Assembly (NCBI GenBank): GCA_963749495.1
Contig: CAVVMW010000010.1
Location: 1 to 64,000, forward strand
Length of the DNA: 64,000 nt
Direction: 5' to 3'
Source of the DNA: an uncultured bacterium
GTDB lineage: Bacteria; Verrucomicrobiota; Verrucomicrobiia; Limisphaerales; UBA8199
Each line of letters starts with the position of its first letter. Within the stretch, counting starts at the first letter, position 1. Shown in pieces: positions 43,185 through 54,101 of this stretch. The notes beneath the pieces were generated by a model. That model ran no database searches and was not told the origin of the DNA. It worked only from the letters and a program-made list of their open reading frames with translations. The position numbers and the translations under genes were made by a program.

Positions 43185-43976
43185 TCATCCAATAGTAACC
43201 GCCGGCGTCCAAACCGGACAGCCAAGAGAAGCCGCCGCACCGGCGATCACAATGGCGCTGAGGATGCCGAGCGTGAATTTGGTCATGGCCATAGGTTTCA
43301 AGAGGGTGAAAGTGGTCCCGGACCCGGCCGCCGCGGCGGTCAAGGCCCCGCTGGAAATCGCAACCGCAAGCCCAACCGGGGCCGCTGAGACGGCCTCGCT
43401 TGCCAGTGCCGTTCCCAGCACTGCCGCCGACAGGCTCACGCCGCGGTGTTCCAGCAGGGAGCGAAGTTCTTCCAGGGCGCGGGCCACTCGTTTCTGCGCT
43501 GCGTTCTCGCTGCTTCCCAGTGCCGCACCCACCGAGCGAAAATCGTGTTGCTCAAAGAACCGGAGCAGGATGGCCGTCCGGTCCTCGGCGCCAAACTCGT
43601 TGATCGCCTCGTCGAGAATGGGCCTCACGTGCGCCAGGTTCTCCGCCGAGTGGTCCTGCAGCGAGTTCATCTCAATGGCTTTCCTTTCACGGGATCGACA
43701 ACGGCGCTCACTCCGCTTCAGGGTGCCGACGACGAAGCAGGTGTGGCGATGCAGCCAGCCCCCGAGCAGGACCTCGCCGGAAAGGGTGGGCGCCTTGCGG
43801 GCCAGATCCGTGAACACCACCGGGGCCACGTCCTGGGCCAAAGGAGCATCACTTTCGAGCAACCGGACTGCTGCCGAATACACCAGGTCAATATGTCGGG
43901 CTACCAATTGTGCAAAGGCCGCTTCCGAACCCGTTTCGGCGTATTCCGTCAGCAATCGTCGGCTCTCATTCATCAC
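43185..43976 (-). pseudogene. ECF sigma factor truncated in its TM helix
   Basis: Complete sigma2/sigma4 motifs ([26 protein letters not shown]). After about 43235 it reads into the duplicated promoter segment. Confidence 0.8.
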
Positions 43977-44054
43977 GATTTACCATTAAAGAGCCGCCAA
44001 CAGACAGAAGCCCCCCAAAAAAACGGAGAAGTGTTCGGCCCAAAATCCGCGCCT

Positions 44055-45800
44055 TTAGTGCCCGCCCGCACTACCTCCATTGCCGGCTTTTGCCCAGCCC
44101 GCCCCGAGTTCCCAGGCTCGCAGTGGCCCAAGCTTAAGGGCCGACCAATCGCGGCGCGGCTGGCCCCAATCATGGCCGAGCCACTCGATGATACTCTGCG
44201 CATCCAACCGCTTGATCCCCTCACCCTCCACCAGGCCCTTGCCCGACATGATCCGATAGCGCCGCTCCGCCTCCTGGACGAAATCGTTGCTGTAAAAGCC
44301 GGGGATAAGCGGCGAGAAGACTTCATCCTCGACCGGACCGAGGTAAAGGTAGGCGTGATAGCCCTTGCAGAAGGAGTCGGCGGTCGGCAGGTCGATGGAA
44401 GCATCGAAGACCTGCTCACCAAAGGGGCCGTGGTCGAGCGGGAAGGCCATGGGGCGGTTTGTCAGCGCGGCAAATGCGGTCTCGAAGAGGCCCAGCGCAA
44501 TGCAACCGTTGACCCCGCCCATGTTGGCCATGACCGACGAGTGTGGAAAGATGGCGAAGACATTCGTCTCGCCCAATGTGTCGCGCAAGCGCCAGCCGGC
44601 GGATTTGAAGGGCTCGCCGCCGGCGGTGATATTCACCATCGCGTGCAAGTAACCAACGATAAATAGCGCGTGACGCGGGTCGGTGGAGTGTGTGCGCAGG
44701 TCTCGGGCCACGTTGTCCGCCATGCGCCCGTTGCGCTCATCCTCGTACACGTGCCAGTCGTCCCGCTGGTGGATCTTCTTCCAGGGAAACTCCATATCAG
44801 CCAGCACGACACGGAGACGTTGCTCTCGCGGCAGCTCCTGGTTGGCTTCCCAAACGGCTTTGAAGAAATCGAGCATCGGCTGGTCCGGCCAACCCAAGGC
44901 CCACTCCACGTCCCGCAGCATCTCGATGATCGGCTGCGGGTCATAATTCGGCGCGGCGAGAAACCGATCGACCAGACCCTGGTCGTTGCCGGGCAGCTCC
45001 ATGTAAATGACGCCGGCCCGCTCCGCAAAGGCCCGGGACCGGAGCAATGAACTATAAAAGGCCCAGTAGCGCGGACGGTGGTGGACCTCGCCCAAAATGA
45101 CCAACCGGTGGCCGGCCAGGGCCTTGAGCAGAAAAGCCTGCGGGTCCGCCGCTTCCCGGTGCAAGAACTCGACAAACGGCCGCAGATGCTCCTGGGGATT
45201 GGCAATCGGCGGACGCGAGGCGAGCTTGTCCTGGGCCTCCCTCAAGGCACGAGCGCGGGCGAACACCTGCCGCGCCTCCTCCAGGGTGTCCACCACAGTG
45301 TTTCCGGCGTTGAGCCATCGCCCCTGTTCGGGTCTGAGCCAGCGCAAGTCAATGCGCTCCTTTCCGCCCAGCTTCAGCCGCGCGAAGACCACCCCGTTGG
45401 TCTCGTGAGCAATAACGACCTCCAGCACTTCCGCGTCGAGCCGCGTCGCAGCGTCTTTGGCGGGCATTGGCTTGGTGGGGGCGGAAGACATTCCTTTGGC
45501 CCATTCGGAGATGGTCAGCCGGGCAAAGGCCGCATCGCCTTCCGCAACCCACGCCCGGGTCAGGCTGGCGTAGGCCGCCTCCGGCGTGGACAAGTCCTCG
45601 TTGGTCGGGAAGCCGCTCACCTTCCGGTTCACGCTATAGGCGCGCACGGCTTGATTGCTGGAGTCAGCCGCCGAGGTGCTGGCGGCGAAGCCCAGAAGAA
45701 GGCAGGAAATTAGGAAGTGGAGTCCGACGGGAGCGAGGCTCTGTGAGTTCATTTCTTGTAGTGAGTTGATTTTTTGTAGTGAGTTCATTTCTTGTGTCAT
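44055..45800 (-). CDS. Secreted protein with a ChaN/EreA-like domain
   Basis: Hydrophobic N-terminus, VILGEVHH, RNGRMA, IVGYLH. Confidence 0.65.
   Translation of the reverse strand: MTQEMNSLQKINSLQEMNSQSLAPVGLHFLISCLLLGFAASTSAADSSNQAVRAYSVNRKVSGFPTNEDLSTPEAAYASLTRAWVAEGDAAFARLTISEWAKGMSSAPTKPMPAKDAATRLDAEVLEVVIAHETNGVVFARLKLGGKERIDLRWLRPEQGRWLNAGNTVVDTLEEARQVFARARALREAQDKLASRPPIANPQEHLRPFVEFLHREAADPQAFLLKALAGHRLVILGEVHHRPRYWAFYSSLLRSRAFAERAGVIYMELPGNDQGLVDRFLAAPNYDPQPIIEMLRDVEWALGWPDQPMLDFFKAVWEANQELPREQRLRVVLADMEFPWKKIHQRDDWHVYEDERNGRMADNVARDLRTHSTDPRHALFIVGYLHAMVNITAGGEPFKSAGWRLRDTLGETNVFAIFPHSSVMANMGGVNGCIALGLFETAFAALTNRPMAFPLDHGPFGEQVFDASIDLPTADSFCKGYHAYLYLGPVEDEVFSPLIPGFYSNDFVQEAERRYRIMSGKGLVEGEGIKRLDAQSIIEWLGHDWGQPRRDWSALKLGPLRAWELGAGWAKAGNGGSAGGH
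45743..45796. repeat. 3 x 18-bp tandem repeat in the gene start
   Basis: GTGAGTT(C/G)ATTT(C/T)TTGTA units encode QEMNSL-QKINSL-QEMNS. Confidence 0.8.
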
Positions 45801-45801
45801 G

Positions 45802-48439
45802 TCATTCGCACCTCAGTGCTGCCATCGGATCGATTCTCGTCGCCCGGCGGGCCGGCAGCCAGCAGGCCAGCAGAGCCACCGCCACCAGAACCGCTCCCGT
45901 GCCCACAGCCACGGGCCAGGCTTCCGCGATCAGGCCCTTCGGCACGGACCCTTCCTGGAGCGCCCTGATGACGCGCAGCAGCGCATAGCCGCCCGGCAGC
46001 CCCAGGACGGTTCCGAGCAGACTCAGCCGCAGCCCCTGGCGCAACACCAGCCAGAGCACGCTGCCCCGGGACGCCCCCAAGGCCATGCGGATGCCGAATT
46101 CACCAACCCGCCGCGATACGGCATGGGCAGTCACACCGTAAATCCCCACTGCAGCCAGCAACAGCCCAAGCAGTCCGAAGCCCTCCACCATCCAAAGACA
46201 GGCCCGGCTCGCGGCCGACACTTGCTCCAGCAGCCGGCGCGCGGTCCTGATTTGAAGCACAGGCAGGTCCGGGTCCAGCCCGGCCACGGCGTTGCGCAAG
46301 GCCGGCGCCAAGGCCTCGGCAGTGTCCGCCGTGCGGATCAGGACCGTTACATCGCCCAACCCTCCCCGCGGCCGATAGGCCTGGAAGCCTTCATTTCCGG
46401 AAATCGGGTTGATGACGCCAATGACCTCGATCCGGCGTTTTTGAGCGTCACCGTCCCAGGATATTCTCTTACCAACCGGGTTCTCTCCGGGCCACAATTG
46501 CTCCGCCACCGCCGGGCTGATGATGACCACCGGAGCGCCTTTTTCGATTTCCTCCGCCGCGAAATCTCGGCCTTGCCGGAGGACCATCCCCAGCGTCCGG
46601 AAATAGTTCAGATCAACACCATAGACCGCAGTCAGGGAGCGAGGTTCAGTTTCTCCTTCGGCCAGGGGGCGCCAGCCGTAAGCGGGTTCAAAGGGCAGGC
46701 CCGACGAGAGCGATACCCGCTCGACCCCAGGCAAGGCGCCGATACGTTCCTCCAACCGCCGGAGAAAGTCCGCCTGCTTTTGGGCCGAATCGTAAGCCGG
46801 CCCTGTCAGCGTGATCTTCCCCACGGTCAAACCGTCCGGCCGCCAGCCCGGGTCGCGGGCCCACTCCGACCACGCCGGGACCGCCATCTCTCCCACACAG
46901 ACCAGCAGCATGAGCGCCAGGGCCATCTCCGCGACCACCAGAGTATTCTGCATTCGGTGACGCGACAGCCCGGCCGAGAGCGTGCGCCCATCCTCTTTGA
47001 GCACGGAATTCAGGTCCCCCCGGACAATGAGCCAGGCCGGGGCCGTGCCGACAAGAACGCCGCTGGCGAGCGTGATGAGAAAAGCGAAGCCGACGACCGC
47101 CCGGTCCAGCGGAATATCGAGGCCCTGCAGACTATAGGGGTCGAAAACGAATTGGTGTCCCAGCCAGCAGTTGGCGGCCAATGCCAATGGCAGGCCCAAG
47201 GCCCCGCCCAGCAGAGACAGCACCAGCGTTTCGGTCAGCAATTGCCTGGCCAGCCGCAGGCGCCCCGCGCCCACGGCGGCGCGGATGCCCAACTCGCGTG
47301 AGCGCGCGGTCAGGCGCGCCAACTGCAGGTTGGCCAGGTTGACACAGGCGACGAGCAGCACGAACCCGGCAAGCGCGAACAGCAGCCAAAAGCCCCTCCT
47401 GTCTTCGGATCTCACGAGGGACTCTCCAAGGGGACTCACCAAGAGGTTAAAGCGGGCTTGTGGCGGATGGTCCGGGGCTATGCGCCGGGCAATCGCGGAC
47501 ATTTCGGCCTGCGCTTGTTTCGGGCGCACGCGGGGCTTGAGCCGTCCAACGACCGTCAGCCGCTCATGCTCGCGGTCCTGTCGCTGTCCGGGTGAAAAGG
47601 CCAGGGGACGCAGCACGTCCACCCGCCCTTCAAAGAGCAGTATATTATCCTCCATCGGCACCACGCCAACCACCGTGGTCGGCTTGCCGTCCAACCGCAA
47701 AGTCCGTCCGACGATCTGCGGGTCGCGGTTAAAGCGCCGCGCCCAGAAATCCTGACTGAGAATCGCCACGTCGTCGCGTCCCGGTTGCTCCTCTTCGGCG
47801 TTGAAGCTGCGTCCCAGCGTCGGCACCAGGCCCAGGGCGCGAAAGAAGTCCGCCGTGACATATTGAACGCCCAATCCCTCCGCGGGAGACCCGGGACAAG
47901 CGAGATTGACCCTGGACCCGCCGTGGAACGCGCACAGGTGCGTGAAGACAGTGCTCTGCTCGCGTTCATCCAGGAAATCCCCGCAGGCCTGAAGGAAATC
48001 GGGCTCGCCTGCCGGGGTCGCCTGCGAAACGCGCACCAAGCGTTCCGGCTCCGGATAGGGGAGGGAACGGTCACAACAAGCGCTTGAACGTACTGAACAT
48101 CGAGGTGTTGACCCCAACCCCCAAAGCCAAGGTCAGGACCGCCACCGCGGTGTAGCCCGGGTTGGTCCGCAAAGTGCGCAGCCCAAACCGGATGTCCTGC
48201 CAGACGGTCTCGCCGAAACTGGCGCCGCTGGCCCGGCGGCAATCCTCGCGCACGCTCTGCCAATTGCCAAAGCGCCGCCGCGCGTCCCGCGCCGCCTCGT
48301 GCGGCGCCATGCCGTCGCGCAAATTATCCTGTTCGCGCATGGCGAGGTGGAACTGCAGTTCTTCATCGATCTGCTGTTTGACCGTCTTACGCCGGCACAG
48401 TGATCGAAAGTGCTGCCAGACTGTTCGCAAGAGGTTCAT
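45802..48439 (-). CDS. ADOP-family (MacB/FtsX duplicated) ABC permease, frameshift near 48070
   Basis: IDEELQFHL, ARRRFGN, QDIRFGLRTL, TLALGVGVN, ACVNLANL, GIRMALGA, IDPMAALR. Confidence 0.88.
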
Positions 48440-48447
48440 ACGTCTTC

Positions 48448-48786
48448 TTAAACCGGTTGCAGAACCAGCGTGATCGCCCGCGAAACCCGCTGCCACATCG
48501 CGACTTCCTGTTCCAGTTGCTTTCGCCCGGCCCGCGTGAGCGAATAATACTTGGCCCGGCGGTTGTTTTCGGATTTGCCCCATTCGGCCGCAATCCATCC
48601 CTTGGCCTCCATGCGGTAAAGGGCGGGGTAGAGCGAGCCTTCCTCAACCAGCAGCACGTCCTCGGAGCGCTGCTGGATGCGCTGGACGATGGCGTAGCCG
48701 TGGAGCGGTCCGGCGATGAGCGTTTGGAGAATCAGCAGGTCCAGTGTGCCTTGCAGGAGCTCGGTTTTAGTGGCGGCATTCTTCAT
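48448..48786 (-). CDS. PadR-family transcriptional regulator
   Basis: [35 protein letters not shown]. Confidence 0.95.
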   Translation of the reverse strand: MKNAATKTELLQGTLDLLILQTLIAGPLHGYAIVQRIQQRSEDVLLVEEGSLYPALYRMEAKGWIAAEWGKSENNRRAKYYSLTRAGRKQLEQEVAMWQRVSRAITLVLQPV

Positions 48787-48788
48787 AA

Positions 48789-48838
48789 CCTAGAGTATCT
48801 AGGGGGAGAGTAGCCACTATTCCCTAGAGCGTCAAGGG
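48789..48838 (-). promoter_or_regulatory. Sigma70 promoter with two palindromic PadR-like operators
   Basis: Minus strand TTGACG-17-TACTCT; palindromes CCTAGAgtaTCTAGG (48789-48803) and CCCTAGAgcgTCAAGGG (48822-48838). Confidence 0.7.
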
Positions 48839-49012
48839 GAAAGTGGACGAAAGTGGACGTCCAGAACCTCGCCTAGACCAACGCGCTTTTCAGCCCGCCC
48901 GCGATCACCAAGCCCTTGGAGCAATTTGGGGCTGCCAAGCGATCCGGCCGCAGCCAGGGATGAATCCAGAATTTGTTGGCACTTTTTTGTGCCGGCGGAC
49001 ATCTATTGGTAG

Positions 49013-50440
49013 ATGCAAGAAGCGGCTGACATGGAATTGCTGCGGGAATATGTCCGGCAGAATTCCGACGAGGCGTTTGCGTCGCTGGTGGCCCGGCACG
49101 TGAACATGGTCTATTCCGCCGCGCTGCGGAAAACCGGCAATCCTAATGCCGCCGAGGAAATCACCCAGGTGGTTTTCATTCTCCTGGCCAAGAAGGCAGC
49201 GGGGCTGCAAAAGGGGACGATCCTTTCCGGATGGCTGTATCAGGCCGCTCGGCTGACCTCGGCGAGCTTCCTGCGAACGGAATGCCGCCGAGTCCGCCGC
49301 GAACAGGAGGCCTGCATGGAATCTTTCACCCATGGAACGGAGTCGGAGGTCTGGCCCGACATTGCGCCGATGCTGGAAGACGCCATGGGCAAACTCAACG
49401 AAAAGGAACGTAGCGCCATCGCGCTTCGATTTTTCGAGGGCAGGAGCTTTCACGAAATCGGAACTGGAGTTGGCGCGAGCGAGAACGCCGCCAAGAAACG
49501 CGTCAGCCACGGTTTGGAGAAACTGCGGGCCTATTTTTTCAGGCGCGGCGTGACTTCCACAACGGCCATCATCGCCGGAGCGATTTCCACGCACTCGGTC
49601 CATGCCGCACCTGCGGCGCTGGCAAGCACTGTAACGGCCGTCGCTATTGCGAAAGGGGCAGCGGCCGGAATTTCAACCTTAACCCTGCTCGACGGAGCAT
49701 CGAGGCTTATGGCATGGACAAAGGCGAAAACGGCGATTGCCGCCGGCGCGGCGGTTCTTCTGACCGCCGGCACGACCATCATCGCAACCAAGGCGGTTCA
49801 TGCCGCGCGCGCAGCTCATGACGCTGATGTGCACAGCAGAGTCCAGGTCCTCCAGCAAGAGAAGGCGCTCTTGAGCCAGCAGGTCGGGCGCTTGCAGAGC
49901 CAACGCGATGAGGCGACGAATCGTCTGGCAGTCGCGAACCAGGAAAACTCGCGATTGAAGTCCAGCCCGGCACAAGCCGAGGTTCTCAAGTTGCGGGGCC
50001 AGATTGGAGTGCTCCGGCGGCAGTTGGCCACCAGCGGGGCCAGGACGCGGGATCCGTCCGCCCTCTCAAATGAGTTGCGTGTTGCCAGACAGAAGCTGGG
50101 CCAGTTGCGCGACATCTACGGCGACCAGAATCCCGCGGTGCAGGAGGAGGTTGCAGCCCTCGGCAGCCTGGAGCGCAGCGCGAGCAAGATTGGGGAGACA
50201 TTCGAGTTGGCAAAAGCCAGAGCGGCGCTCGCGCGGCTGCGAGTCAGCCACGGTGACCAGCACCCCGAAGTCCAGGCGCAGCTCCGTGCCGTAGCGAGCT
50301 TGGAACAAAGCGCGGCGGCAGACGAGCCATCCGAGTTGGCGGAGGCGAAGGCGGAGTTGGCGCGGCTGCGTGTCCATTACGGCGATGCTCACCCTGCCAT
50401 ACTGTCGCAGCTCCGCAAGATCGCTGAATTGCAGCGATGA
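49013..50440 (+). CDS. ECF sigma-70 factor with TM helix and C-terminal extension (copy B)
   Basis: Same length (475 aa) and near-identical N-terminus to 38581-40008. Confidence 0.92.
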   Translation: MQEAADMELLREYVRQNSDEAFASLVARHVNMVYSAALRKTGNPNAAEEITQVVFILLAKKAAGLQKGTILSGWLYQAARLTSASFLRTECRRVRREQEACMESFTHGTESEVWPDIAPMLEDAMGKLNEKERSAIALRFFEGRSFHEIGTGVGASENAAKKRVSHGLEKLRAYFFRRGVTSTTAIIAGAISTHSVHAAPAALASTVTAVAIAKGAAAGISTLTLLDGASRLMAWTKAKTAIAAGAAVLLTAGTTIIATKAVHAARAAHDADVHSRVQVLQQEKALLSQQVGRLQSQRDEATNRLAVANQENSRLKSSPAQAEVLKLRGQIGVLRRQLATSGARTRDPSALSNELRVARQKLGQLRDIYGDQNPAVQEEVAALGSLERSASKIGETFELAKARAALARLRVSHGDQHPEVQAQLRAVASLEQSAAADEPSELAEAKAELARLRVHYGDAHPAILSQLRKIAELQR

Positions 50441-50609
50441 AGAACTGAGACTCCGCAGGCGACTCGCACTCCAATCGGGCCTTTTCGATGGGCGCCGCGG
50501 TGCTCGCGCGCCACGACAAGCCTGGCCCACCTCGACCGCGAGTTGGCCCTTCGTGGCCGGCATCTGGGTCGAGGGCTGCGCTCCTCAAGGAGAACAGGCG
50601 TGAGGCGTC

Positions 50610-51705
50610 TCACCTGCCGGGAACGTTGGTCGCCTGGATCTGGAGCAGTCTTGTCAGTGTGGCTCGCTGGGCGGCGTTAGTGGCGTAGGGCTGCAGTTGG
50701 GAAGGATGGGAGGGCTCCTCGCCGCCGTGCTCGGCCGAATACTCCTTCACCATGGGGCCGGCGCTGTCTTTGAGAGTCTGAAGCTCCGCCTCGGCCGCCG
50801 ATGGCTGGTAGTGGTACGGCCCCACGCCACCGCTGCCGGGGCCGTCGATGGTCCAGCGGTGATCGTATTCCTCGTCCACGGGCGCCTTTTCGGTCAGCAC
50901 CCAATCCCCGGCGAACTCCTGGTTGGGGAGGGCGCTCTTCGAAACGATTTGCCACCGTTGCAGGATGGCCTCATCCGCAGGAGGGTCGAAGAAGGGCTTG
51001 AGTTGCGAGAGATCGGGGGGCCATTGTCCAGTGTTGGCCGCCATGTATTTGCCCAGGGCGGACTGGAATTTCTTGGTAAAATAGCCTTCGGCGCGCTTCC
51101 GGACTTCGCCCAGGGCCTTGCGGTAATCGGCGTCGGTGTCGAGTTTGAAATTGTGGGCCAGTTCGACCCAGTCGAACGCGTCAAGGAGCTGGAGTTCCGG
51201 AATCTTCGCCTGGGGCGCTTCTTCCAGTCGTTGTTTGAGTTGGCTTACCCGTTTGAGCCAGGATTGCGCCGCGAGGTCCGTGGGGTCAGTCGAGCCGCCG
51301 GTCTTCAACCGCGCCAGTTCGAGGGAGTCCTGGCGCAACCGCGCTATCTCGCCTCGCAACTTGAGCAACTCGGCGCTGGTGCCATCCGGTCGCCCGCTCG
51401 CATCGCGCAGCGCCGCCAATTGACCGGCCGCTTCGTCGCCCTCGCGGCTCAGTTGCAGGAGCCGCTCGGCGTCCGCGCCCTGCTGTTGCTGTAACCCGCG
51501 GACTCGGCCGCCCAAGCGGAAAGCCTGGCGGGTCTCATAGACTCCAGTCCCGAGCACCGCGACAAAGGCGGCGGTAATGAGGAGCTTGTGCATCGAGGTA
51601 TTAGCGATAGAAATCGACGCACCGGCGCACCAGTTCGGCGAAGGCCGCCTCGGAGCGGCGCTCGGCGTAATCCCGCAACAACTGTTGGTCCGTCAGACGG
51701 TTCAC
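50610..51705 (-). pseudogene. ECF-sigma derivative lacking sigma domains (copy B); 327-aa ORF 50610-51593 intact
   Basis: Near-identical to 42164-43184 without the IS. Confidence 0.7.
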
Positions 51706-51762
51706 TCATCCAATAGTAACCGCCGGCGTCCAAACCGGACAGCCAAGAGAAGCCGTGGCGCC

Positions 51763-51971
51763 GGAGGCAACGGTGGGGTCTGTTTGCGTGACCTGTCGGA
51801 CGACAGCGTCCGGACCTTCGTTGCACCCGACAACCGCGGCCAGTATGCCCTGGCCCGATTCTGCGCGGACGGGGTGATTTGCTCGCACAACAGGCAGCTC
51901 TTCTGAGTGGACCTCCAAGGCAGCAATAACGCGCCCCTGTCTCGGTCCAGTGAGAGCCGGTAACGCTGCTG
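51763..51971 (+). pseudogene. Degenerate copy of the 3' end of the gene at 61926-63125
   Basis: GGNGGVCLRDLSDDSVRTFVAPDNRGQYALARFCADGV matches 62925-63133; TGG>TGA stop. Confidence 0.85.
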
Positions 51972-52171
51972 GAACGGGCCAAAGCAGATTTCGTCGAGAT
52001 TTTCGGACTTGTCAGACCAAGTCCCCTTGGACCCCAGGTCCGGAGCCGCGGGGAGGTCCTACGGCTGCTGGTTACCCGAGGCGTTTACGGTGTCGAGGTT
52101 CCCGCCCGGGCCGACAACGGCATCATCTTCTCGACCAAGGCGCGGCCCTTCTCACCGACCGTTTCGACCAC

Positions 52172-53538
52172 CACTCTTGCGAGCATGAGTATCTGCTGGC
52201 CTTCTCGTGCAAAAGCCGTTGGTTCTGCCCCTCCTGCCACCAGAAAAATGTCCAGACCACCGCCCGCTTTATCATGGACCAGGTGGTGGCCCCGGTACCC
52301 CACCGCCACTATGTCCTGGCCATCCCCAACATGCTGCGGCCCTATTTCCAACGCCACCGGCACCTGCTTAAGCGGCTCTGCACCCTGGCCCACGAGAGCC
52401 TCACCGAATACCTTCGCACGGCCCTGGAGTGCCCCCCAAGGTGTGCCGGCCGTTATTCTGACGCTGCACACCTTCGGCGAATACCTTGATTTCCGCCCCC
52501 ATATCCACGCTCTCGTGGCCGACGGCCTCTTCCTCCGCGACTCGCCGAAGCCCGAACTTGCCCCACCAGCCCCGGCGGACTTAGCAACACTGGCGGCCGC
52601 TTCATTCCACACCCTGCCAGACGCCTCGCTCAAGCCCCTGCAAGAGCTGTTCCGCGCCAAGGTCATCAACCTCCTGGTCGAGGAGAAACTCCTCCCGCCT
52701 GAACGCGTCCAAGTCCTCTACTCGTGGAAACACAGCGGCTTCAACGTCCACGCCGGAGAACGCGTCGCGCCTGAGGCCAAGGCCGACCTGGAGGATCTGG
52801 CCCAATACATCCTGCGCAACCCCTTTTCCGTGGAAAAGATGACCCTGGAATCTCCTACCAACACCGTCATCTGCCGCTCCCGGCTCAATGCCAAGATCAA
52901 CCGCAACTTCGAGGTCTTCACCCCCACCGATTTTCTGGCCGCCATCACCCAGCATATCCCGGACAAAGGCACCCAGCTGGTCCGCTATTATGGCTGGTAC
53001 CGCAACAAAATGCGCGGCGTCTGCCACCGAGGGCTGCCGCCGGAGCTGGTCCCGCATCGTCCGCGCCTTTCACCCCCACCGCCCCTCAAGCTCCCGTCAA
53101 AGAAATGGCGCGACCCGACTTGTCCCGCCCTAGCTCCAGCGAAGGCGGACCTGTCCCGCCGTAGCTTTAGCGAAGGCGGATCCTGTCCCGCCGTAGCTTT
53201 AGCGAAGGCGGACCTGTCCCGCCCTAGCTCCAGCGAAGGCGGACCTGTCCCGCCGTAGCTTTAGCGAAGGCGGACCTGTCCCGCCGTAGCTTTAGCGAAG
53301 GCGGATCCTCCGCGTGTGGCACGTTAACCCGTTGCGCTGCCCCATCTGCCAGAGCCCCATGCGCGTGATCGCGGTGATCGATGACCCGCGCGTGGTGGAG
53401 AAGATCCTGCGGCGCCTCGGCGTCTGGCAGGACCCGCCTGCCGCCTTGTCCCCGCCGGGCGCCGCAGGGCCTTATACCTACGAACCCTGTGACGACGTGG
53501 ACCCCACCCCGGATTACGAGAACGTGCTGACCGATTGA
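52172..53538 (+). pseudogene. IS91/ISCR-family HUH (Y2) transposase: 5'-truncated, frameshifted and repeat-interrupted
   Basis: AFSCKSRWFCPSC Zn motif, HTFGE...PHIHALV (HUH), WKHSGFNVH, AQYILR, VRYYGWY, C-terminal PLRCPICQSPMRVIAVIDD. Confidence 0.88.
53121..53305 (+). repeat. 6 x 31-32-bp tandem hairpin repeat
   Basis: TGTCCCGCC(G/C)TAGCT(TT/CC)AGCGAAGGCGGA units in an ABB-ABB pattern, no spacers. Confidence 0.92.
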
Positions 53539-53773
53539 GCGCCGCTGGCTTAAGGCCCTCGGGACCGAACCACTTTGCCCGGCAACGGCCCCTCGACGCC
53601 CAGGCCGGGGGGTAACCAAGCCCATTTCTGCGCAGGTTCCTGCCCTGGCTGCCGCTTCCGACCCCGCCGCGGCCAAAACCGCCCAGGAACCGGCAGAATG
53701 TGCCGGTTGACGGGCGCGTGCCGCTCCTGCATCATCCCCCCGTGATGAATGCGGCCAGAAACCAATTCTCCCT

Positions 53774-53824
53774 CACCCGCGTAGCGTCAAAACCGCCGGC
53801 GCGGCAAAAAACCAAATTCCTATC
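53774..53824 (+). repeat. oriIS-like site 1 (native end of the IS91/ISCR element)
   Basis: CACCCGCGTAGCGTCAAAACCGCCGGCGCGGCAAAAAACCAAATTCCTATC, about 240 bp after the transposase stop. The AATTCCTAT end resembles ISCR oriIS. Confidence 0.8.
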
Positions 53825-53831
53825 AGTAAAT

Positions 53832-54020
53832 CCATCACTGTTCCGCCGACTCATTCTCTGGAGCGGGTTCGCGCAGCTTATGCGCCGGCCGCCGGTGCAA
53901 CTGATCGTCCGTCACAAACTCAATCCGCATGCCCCAGCCCCCATAGGTCGTCAGCATCCGGCCAAACTCCTCCGGGCGTAATTCCTTATCGTCGATCCCC
54001 ACCAGCGCGCCGTTCGGGCA
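53832..54020 (-). pseudogene. 3' fragment of an unknown gene
   Basis: Open frame ...ALVGIDDKELRPEEFGRMLTTYGGWGMRIEFV...* with no start. Confidence 0.4.
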
Positions 54021-54101
54021 GTGAGGCGATTTCTATGGATCGCGCAGAAGTTTGGACTAAACCTTTTGGGCATGGAACCTCACTAACGTTCAAAGATTGC
54101 A

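Noticed and set aside
38536..51754. Diversity-generating retroelement TR/VR pair
   Set aside because: The duplication is kilobases long, differences are not confined to adenines, and no reverse transcriptase is present.
53121..53305. CRISPR array
   Set aside because: Repeats are head-to-tail with no unique spacers, and no cas genes are in the window.
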